The notes below the pieces were generated by a model. The model saw nothing but the letters and a program-made list of their open reading frames with translations, made no database searches and was not told the origin of the DNA. 27,794 nt of DNA, taken from positions 1 to 27,794 of the forward strand of contig JBDTZG010000065.1 of NCBI GenBank assembly GCA_040005235.1, read 5' to 3'. Both the position numbers and the translations under genes were made by a program. This document shows, in pieces, positions 22,382 through 27,794 of this stretch. How positions within the stretch are numbered: the first letter of the stretch is position 1; the number at the start of each line of letters is the position of its first letter. Source of the DNA: Acidobacteriota bacterium (GTDB lineage Bacteria; Acidobacteriota; Thermoanaerobaculia; Multivoradales; UBA5704).

Positions 22382-23227
22382 ATGAAGAGAAACGCCCTTC
22401 GGGCTTTGGCCCTTTCGACCCTCGCCTTTTCGGCGATCTCCACGAGCGCGCAGCCGCCGCAGCTGTTCGCTCCGCGCCCCTCGCCGAATGCGAGCGTCAC
22501 CCAGGCGGTTGGCCTAACCGACATCACGATTCGCTACAGCCGCCCGGGGGTCAAAGGCCGGAAGATTTGGGGCGGGCTGGTGCCTTACGGCGAGGTCTGG
22601 CGCACCGGAGCGAACGAGAACACCACGATCAGCTTCTCGACCCCGGTCAGGGTCGAGGGTCATGAGCTGCCCGCCGGCACCTATGGCGTGCAGACCATCC
22701 CGACCGAAAAGGATTGGACGCTGATCCTGTCGAAAGACGCCGACGAATGGGGCGCTTTCTCCTACAACCCGGAGCACGACGCGATGAGGGCGACCGTCTC
22801 GCCGGTTGAGAGCGGCCACGCGAAGGAGCGGATGGAGTTTTATTTCGACGACCTGACCGACAACTCGGCGACGGTCAAGCTGGTCTGGGAAAAGCTCTCC
22901 GTGCAGTTCAAGATCGAGGTCGACACGGCCGCTCAGGTGGCCGGCAAGCAGCGCTGGCAGGGACTTTTCCAGGGAGCGAACTGGTGCATCGACAATGGCT
23001 GCGCCGACAAGGCGGAGAAATGGCTCGACGCCTCGATCGCTCTCGACGCGAACTTCAACAACCTGCGCGCCGAAGCCACCCTCTACGCCAAGAACGGTCG
23101 GACCAAGGAAGCGATCGCCGCGGGTGAGCGGGCGCTCGCCGCGGCAAAGACGGCGACTCCGCCGCCGGCCGCGGACCAGGTTGCGGCGCTCGAAAAGCTG
23201 GTGGCTGAATGGAAGGCGAAGAAGTAA
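22382..23227 (+). CDS. Secreted DUF2911 protein with TPR-like C-terminus
   Basis: GAGGAG SD; signal peptide; SP.ASV.Q.VGLTDITI.YSRP.VKGRKIWG.LVPYGEVWRTGANE.T...LPAGTY; helical tail. Confidence 0.88.
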   Translation: MKRNALRALALSTLAFSAISTSAQPPQLFAPRPSPNASVTQAVGLTDITIRYSRPGVKGRKIWGGLVPYGEVWRTGANENTTISFSTPVRVEGHELPAGTYGVQTIPTEKDWTLILSKDADEWGAFSYNPEHDAMRATVSPVESGHAKERMEFYFDDLTDNSATVKLVWEKLSVQFKIEVDTAAQVAGKQRWQGLFQGANWCIDNGCADKAEKWLDASIALDANFNNLRAEATLYAKNGRTKEAIAAGERALAAAKTATPPPAADQVAALEKLVAEWKAKK

Positions 23228-23257
23228 GCGAGAAGAACGAGAAGGTAAAAGCGGCGC

Positions 23258-23292
23258 GGGCGGGGCTCGAAAGGGTCCCGCCCTTTCTTTTT
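23258..23292 (+). terminator. Intrinsic terminator after DUF2911
   Basis: 11-bp stem GGGCGGGGCTC / GGGTCCCGCCC (2 G-U pairs), GAAA loop, followed by TTTCTTTTT; lies between convergent genes. Confidence 0.85.
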
Positions 23293-23304
23293 CAAGCGGC
23301 GATT

Positions 23305-23982
23305 TCAGCCGGCGAGCCAGGCCGGAACGTCGGTGACGACGGCGAGGCAGGCTGCGGCGCCGGCCCCTTCGAGGTCTTCGCGGGTGTGGGTGCCGGAGAG
23401 AATTCCGACCGCGCGGGCTCCCGCGTTCATCGCCATCCCCAGATCGTAGGTCGTGTCGCCGATCACCAAGGCTTCGTGGGCTCCGGCGCCGAGGTCTTCG
23501 AGGATGTCGAGCAGCATCTTGGGGTGCGGCTTCGAGGGCGCTTCGTCGACCGTTCGGGTGGCGTGAAAAACCCCTTCGAGGTTGGTTTGCGCGATGGCGT
23601 GATCGAGCCCTCGGCGGCTTTTGCCGGTAGCGACCGCGAGCAGGTAGCCGGCGTCCGCCAGGCCGCGGAGCATCGCCTCGACGCCGGGGTAGAGGATCGG
23701 CTTATCGCGAAACGTCTCCTGCCAGTGCCGCCGATAACTCTCGCGAATCCGATCGAGGCTTAGGGCATCGCACTCCGGCCAAAGCTCCTCGATCGTCTCG
23801 CGCAGCCCCATGCCGATCACCCGCCGCACTTTTTCCTCCGGCGGCGGTTCCAAGCCGAGGTCGGCGAGCGCCGCCTGGGTACAGGCGACGATCGTGGCGA
23901 TCGAATCCATCAGCGTTCCGTCCCAATCGAAGACGAGCAGGCGGATGTCGCGGACGGTTGGGCTGGGAGGATCGTTGACCAT
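23305..23982 (-). CDS. HAD-IA hydrolase, phosphoglycolate phosphatase-like
   Basis: FDWDGTLMDS, VATGK, SKPHP, IGDTTYD motifs. Confidence 0.9.
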   Translation of the reverse strand: MVNDPPSPTVRDIRLLVFDWDGTLMDSIATIVACTQAALADLGLEPPPEEKVRRVIGMGLRETIEELWPECDALSLDRIRESYRRHWQETFRDKPILYPGVEAMLRGLADAGYLLAVATGKSRRGLDHAIAQTNLEGVFHATRTVDEAPSKPHPKMLLDILEDLGAGAHEALVIGDTTYDLGMAMNAGARAVGILSGTHTREDLEGAGAAACLAVVTDVPAWLAG

Positions 23983-24004
23983 GGCGATGGCGGACTCCTG
24001 AATA

Positions 24005-24967
24005 TTAGCCCAGAGCCTTCCGATCCGCTTGCCGGACCAGCAACTCTCCGTCGACTTCGCTTTCCGGCGCGATGGAGACTCCCGGCCCGATCAGGGCGGA
24101 TCGCAGCACGCTGCCGGCGCCGATCACGGCCCCGGGTAGGAGGATCGATCGGTCGAGCGTCGCTCCGGCTTCGATCCGGCAGCCGGCTTCGACGATCGAC
24201 CGATCGATCGAAGCGGTCGGGGAGACTTCGGCGGCCGGGGAGATCCAACTCCCTCCGGGCCGGCCCTCGACCCAGGCGAGGGCTCCGTCGAGGTAGCGCT
24301 GCCGCGTTCCGAGATCGTGCCAAAGAGCCCGGGTTGGAGAGGCCTCGATCCGCTCTCCGCGCGCCAGAAGGGGAAGGTAGAGACTCTCGACGATGTCGGC
24401 CGGTCCTTTAGGTACCTCGTCGAGCAGGTCCGGCGTGAAGACGTGCATTCCGGCAAACGCCCGGCGGCGGGCGACGACTCCCGCGGCCGGCGCGTCGCGC
24501 ATCTGGACGATGCGTCCACCGCGGTCGAGGCCGACTCCGCCGCCAAGGTCCGCGGGGTCCGGGCGGGTTGCCACGAGCAGCGTCGCGCGCGCGCCGGTTG
24601 AGCGATGCCGCGCAATCAGCGACTCGACCGGCCAGCGGCAGAGGCTGTCGCCGTTGACCAGGACTACGAGGTCGGCGGTGCGGAGAAAGCCCCGCATCGG
24701 CGGCAGTGCGCCGAGCGTTCCCAGGATCTCCGGCTCGTCAAAGTACTCGATCGGCATTCCGCGATAGGCGCTTCCGATTACGGCGCGGATCTTTCCGCCG
24801 AGATGATGAAGGTTGATCGCCACGGCTTCGCACCCGGCCCGTACGAGAGCATCCAGGGTGCGCGCGAGGATCGGCCGGCCGGCAACCGGCAACAGAGGCT
24901 TCGGGATTTCGTTCGTGAGGGGCCGGAGCCGGGTCCCGAGGCCCGCGGCGAGGATCACTCCGCGCAA
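24005..24967 (-). CDS. NDP-sugar pyrophosphorylase / nucleotidyltransferase family protein with C-terminal hexapeptide repeats
   Basis: ILAAGLGTRLRPLT..PKPL.PV, INLHH, EILGT.G, VNGD, WHDLGT...Y; LbH-like tail. Confidence 0.88.
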   Translation of the reverse strand: MRGVILAAGLGTRLRPLTNEIPKPLLPVAGRPILARTLDALVRAGCEAVAINLHHLGGKIRAVIGSAYRGMPIEYFDEPEILGTLGALPPMRGFLRTADLVVLVNGDSLCRWPVESLIARHRSTGARATLLVATRPDPADLGGGVGLDRGGRIVQMRDAPAAGVVARRRAFAGMHVFTPDLLDEVPKGPADIVESLYLPLLARGERIEASPTRALWHDLGTRQRYLDGALAWVEGRPGGSWISPAAEVSPTASIDRSIVEAGCRIEAGATLDRSILLPGAVIGAGSVLRSALIGPGVSIAPESEVDGELLVRQADRKALG

Positions 24968-24977
24968 GGGCGAGGCC

Positions 24978-25538
24978 TTACCGGCTGCCGGCGGGAAACA
25001 CCATCTCGGGGAGCGCCTCCGGATGCTCTTTGAGGTGATCTTCGTACAACCGCAGGTAAGAGCGTTTTTCGCCCTGCTTCGCGTCGAAGCCGCACCGCTT
25101 GGCGACGGTTTCGGCCCCTTCGCCCTCGAACTCGGCGAAATCGCCGATCGGCGTATGGTCGAGCGCGATCGTCACTCCCCCGAGCTGCCACTCTTCTCGG
25201 ACTTTCTGGTAGCGGCTGACGATCGCGTAACCGAGCCCCAGGAGCAGGGCGCGCGCCTCTTCGGCGTCGTTCACGCCAAACTCGATCTCCTCGCGGACCT
25301 TCACGTTGCCTTCGAGCTGGAGCGGCCCTTTGAGAGTGACCCGACCGCCCGAGCCGTCGATGCGCAGGCGGAGGACGCGACCGCCCGAGCGCAGCTCGCC
25401 ATCGCGATCGAACACCCAGTTGTCCTCGAACGCTCCGGGAGCCCGGCGCTCCGATTCGAGCTCGATGAGGCGTTGGCGCAGCTTGTCGAGCTCGACGCCG
25501 GGAAACTTGATTTCGCGCTCGATGCCTTTGGCCCGCAT
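24978..25538 (-). CDS. CYTH-domain protein (class IV adenylate cyclase-like)
   Basis: EREIK (ExExK), LRLR, TLKGP, KVREEIE, YQKVREEW, LDHTPIGDFAEFEG, SYL.LY. Confidence 0.9.
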   Translation of the reverse strand: MRAKGIEREIKFPGVELDKLRQRLIELESERRAPGAFEDNWVFDRDGELRSGGRVLRLRIDGSGGRVTLKGPLQLEGNVKVREEIEFGVNDAEEARALLLGLGYAIVSRYQKVREEWQLGGVTIALDHTPIGDFAEFEGEGAETVAKRCGFDAKQGEKRSYLRLYEDHLKEHPEALPEMVFPAGSR

Positions 25539-25550
25539 GGTGCTCCGGAT

Positions 25551-26936
25551 CTACCGCACTTCTCCGACCCGGTCCAAGAGCCGGGCGATGGCCCGGATGC
25601 CGTTGTAGAAGTGGCTGATGTTGAACTTCTCGTTGGGCGAGTGGAGCGCATCGTCGTTCAAGCCGAAGCCGAGCAGAAGAACCGGGACGCGAAGCACGTC
25701 GGTGAAGGTCGCGACGATGGGGATGGAACCCCCTTCGCGTACGCGCACCGGACGCTTGCCCCAGATGTCTTCCATCGCCGCCAGGGCCGCTTCGACGTAC
25801 GGACCTTCGGTCGAGACGCCAACCGCCTGGCCGCCATGAAGGTATTCGACCTCGACCTTGACCCCGTGGGGGGCGATCGAGCGCACGTAGTCTTCGAACT
25901 GACGGGCGATCTTTTCCGGGTTCTGGTCAGGCACCAGGCGCATCGAGACTTTTGCGCCGCACCACGAGGGAAGGACGGTCTTCGCCCCTTTGGCCTGGTA
26001 GCCGCCGAACAGGCCGTGCACGTCGCAGGTCGGGCGGGCCCAAGTTCGCTCCCGCACCGTGTAGCCCTGTTCACCCCAAGTTTCGGTCAGCCCCAGCTCG
26101 GCGCAATACTCTTTCTCGTCGAAGGGGAGCTGCGCGAACTCCTCGCGCTCCCAGGCTTCGAGCGGCTTGACGTCATCGTAGAAGCCCGGGATCTGGATCT
26201 TGCCGGTTTCGCGATCCTGGAGCTGGGCGATGATGTGACCGAGAGCGTTCAATGGGTTTGCGACCCCGCCGCCGTAGGTTCCGGAGTGCAGGTCGCGCGC
26301 CGGCCCCGTGACTTTGATCTCCATGTAGGCGAGACCTTTGAGGCCGTAGACCAGCGACGGCTGGCCGGGTGCGTACATCGAGGAATCGGAGATCACCAGG
26401 CAGTCGCAGGCGAGTCTTTTGCCGCCGTCTTCGCGGACATAGCGGTCTATCGACTCGCCACCGGACTCCTCTTCGCCTTCGACGAGGAATTTGACGTTCA
26501 CCGGCAGGGTACCGCGCTCTTTCAACATCGCGGCGACTCCCTTCACGTGAGCGAACGACTGGCCTTTGTCGTCGGTGGCGCCGCGCGCGTAGAGCTTGTC
26601 GCCCTCGACCGTCGGCTCGAACGGCGGGTTCTTCCACTCGGAGAGCGGATCGGCCGGCTGGACGTCGTAATGGCCGTAAAAGAGCACCGTGGGCTTGCCC
26701 GGGGCGCCGAGCCATTCGGCATAGACGAGAGGGTGGCCCTGGGTGGCGATCTTCTCGACGGTCAACCCCGCTTCGCGGAGCTTTCCGACCAGGAAGTCCG
26801 CGGCGCGGGAAACCTCGGCGGCGTATTCCGGATCGGTCGAGATCGAGGGGATGCGGATGTAGTCCTTCAGCTCTTCGAGGTAGCCCTCTTTCTCGGAGTC
26901 GATGCGGGCGAGGACGTCGGTCGATTCAAGGGCCAT
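25551..26936 (-). CDS. M20-family metallo-dipeptidase
   Basis: YGHYDVQP, ARGATDDKGQ, EGEEESG, DLHSG.YGG, GGSIP, HSPNE; AGGAG SD. Confidence 0.93.
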   Translation of the reverse strand: MALESTDVLARIDSEKEGYLEELKDYIRIPSISTDPEYAAEVSRAADFLVGKLREAGLTVEKIATQGHPLVYAEWLGAPGKPTVLFYGHYDVQPADPLSEWKNPPFEPTVEGDKLYARGATDDKGQSFAHVKGVAAMLKERGTLPVNVKFLVEGEEESGGESIDRYVREDGGKRLACDCLVISDSSMYAPGQPSLVYGLKGLAYMEIKVTGPARDLHSGTYGGGVANPLNALGHIIAQLQDRETGKIQIPGFYDDVKPLEAWEREEFAQLPFDEKEYCAELGLTETWGEQGYTVRERTWARPTCDVHGLFGGYQAKGAKTVLPSWCGAKVSMRLVPDQNPEKIARQFEDYVRSIAPHGVKVEVEYLHGGQAVGVSTEGPYVEAALAAMEDIWGKRPVRVREGGSIPIVATFTDVLRVPVLLLGFGLNDDALHSPNEKFNISHFYNGIRAIARLLDRVGEVR

Positions 26937-26979
26937 CGGTGAACGCTCCTAGTTCGTCGTAGGGTCGGGGAGTCTATCG

Positions 26980-27642
26980 CTACTTTTCGTCGTCGAACGA
27001 GCGGCCGGTCTTCTTCCAGTCGGAGAGGAAGCGATCGAGGCCGAGGTCGGTCAGCGGGTGTTTGTACAACTGCTCCAGAACCTTGAACGGAATCGTCACG
27101 ACGTCCGCGCCGATTTGCGCCGCCTGCACGACGTGAATCGGGTGGCGGGCCGAGGCGACCAGTACCTGGGTCGCGAACTCGAAGTTCTGATAGATCCCGA
27201 CGATATCCTCGATCAGCTTCATCCCTTCTTCGCCGACGTCATCGAGACGCCCGACGAACGGGGAGATGTAGGTGGCGCCGGCCTTGGCGGCAACCAGCGC
27301 CTGCGCCGCCGAGAAGCAGAGCGTCACGTTGGTCTTGGTTCCTTCGCCGCTGAGCGTGCGGACGAGCTTCAAACCCTGCGGGTTGAGCGGCACCTTGACC
27401 ACCACGTTCTCGGCAAGCGCGGCGAGGCGGTGCGCCTGGTCGAGCATCTCGGCGTATTCGAGGGCGAGCACCTCGCCGGAGACCGGACCGGGCACGAGAT
27501 TCGCGATTTCTTTGACCGTCGGCAGGTAGGGCTTGCCCTGCTTTGCAATCAGCGACGGGTTCGTGGTGACGCCGTCGATCATTCCCCAATCGAGGGCGGT
27601 CTTGATCTCTTCGACGTCGGCGGTATCGAGGAAGAACTGCAT
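26980..27642 (-). CDS. tal: Transaldolase (short TalC/FSA-family form)
   Basis: [20 protein letters not shown] (Schiff-base Lys), NVTLCFS; Glu in SGEV and Phe in YISPFVGR point to transaldolase rather than FSA (Gln/Tyr). Confidence 0.9.
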   Translation of the reverse strand: MQFFLDTADVEEIKTALDWGMIDGVTTNPSLIAKQGKPYLPTVKEIANLVPGPVSGEVLALEYAEMLDQAHRLAALAENVVVKVPLNPQGLKLVRTLSGEGTKTNVTLCFSAAQALVAAKAGATYISPFVGRLDDVGEEGMKLIEDIVGIYQNFEFATQVLVASARHPIHVVQAAQIGADVVTIPFKVLEQLYKHPLTDLGLDRFLSDWKKTGRSFDDEK

Positions 27643-27726
27643 GGTCGTAGAAGCCTCCGCGCAAGGGTTTGCGCCGTTGCGGCGGAGGAGCGGCGGCGGG
27701 TGTGCCGCGCTCCTCCGAATTTGACC

Positions 27727-27794
27727 CTAGTTTACCGGCTCTTCCGGCTTGGGGCCGATTTCCCCCTCCAACAGCTCGTCCAGAGCGGTGATGG
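27727..27794 (-). CDS. 3' end of an upstream gene (...ITALDELLEGEIGPKPEEPVN*), unidentified
   Basis: Open frame with typical GC3 codons running in from the window edge to TAG at 27729-27727. Confidence 0.5.
   Translation of the reverse strand, partial: ITALDELLEGEIGPKPEEPVN

Noticed and set aside
26980-27642. Fructose-6-phosphate aldolase (fsa)
   Set aside because: The diagnostic residues are Glu/Phe (transaldolase), not Gln/Tyr.
27683-27717. Strong hairpin CGGAGGAGCG...CGCTCCTCCG upstream of tal as an intrinsic terminator
   Set aside because: No U-tract on the minus (sense) strand; it may be a leader or stabilising hairpin but cannot be assigned.

Overview
High-GC bacterial window. The gene content (GWxTD protein, YfhO-type protein, KKLxLxRET leader peptide) suggests Acidobacteriota/Thermoanaerobaculia; this is inference only. 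Four blocks. (1) 1-9324: an NYN/LOTUS protein with a long disordered N-terminus, a Zn-ribbon-like protein, a YfhO-type membrane protein divergent from wzm-wzt, DUF3467, a GWxTD lipoprotein and an M49 (DPP III-like) lipoprotein peptidase. (2) ~9325-12037, an accessory patch, partly lower in GC: a membrane protein, a nucleotidyltransferase/partner pair, a REP-like inverted pair, a 53-aa lanthipeptide-like precursor missed by the ORF track, and a ~21-bp-phased array running into 7x41-bp tandem repeats. (3) 12038-22322: a type III PKS plus membrane protein, divergent from a nine-gene cluster: radical SAM, degenerate Cys-bearing metallophosphoesterase, DUF2064-like protein ending in a RAPP motif, ArsM-like methyltransferase, an atypical PstSCAB importer and an ars-type flavoprotein. 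This is the best candidate for an undescribed system: arsenic uptake and organoarsenical biosynthesis, possibly controlled by ribosome arrest. (4) 22382-27794: DUF2911, then housekeeping genes (HAD hydrolase, NDP-sugar transferase, CYTH, M20 peptidase, transaldolase). All calls come from motif reading; no searches were run.
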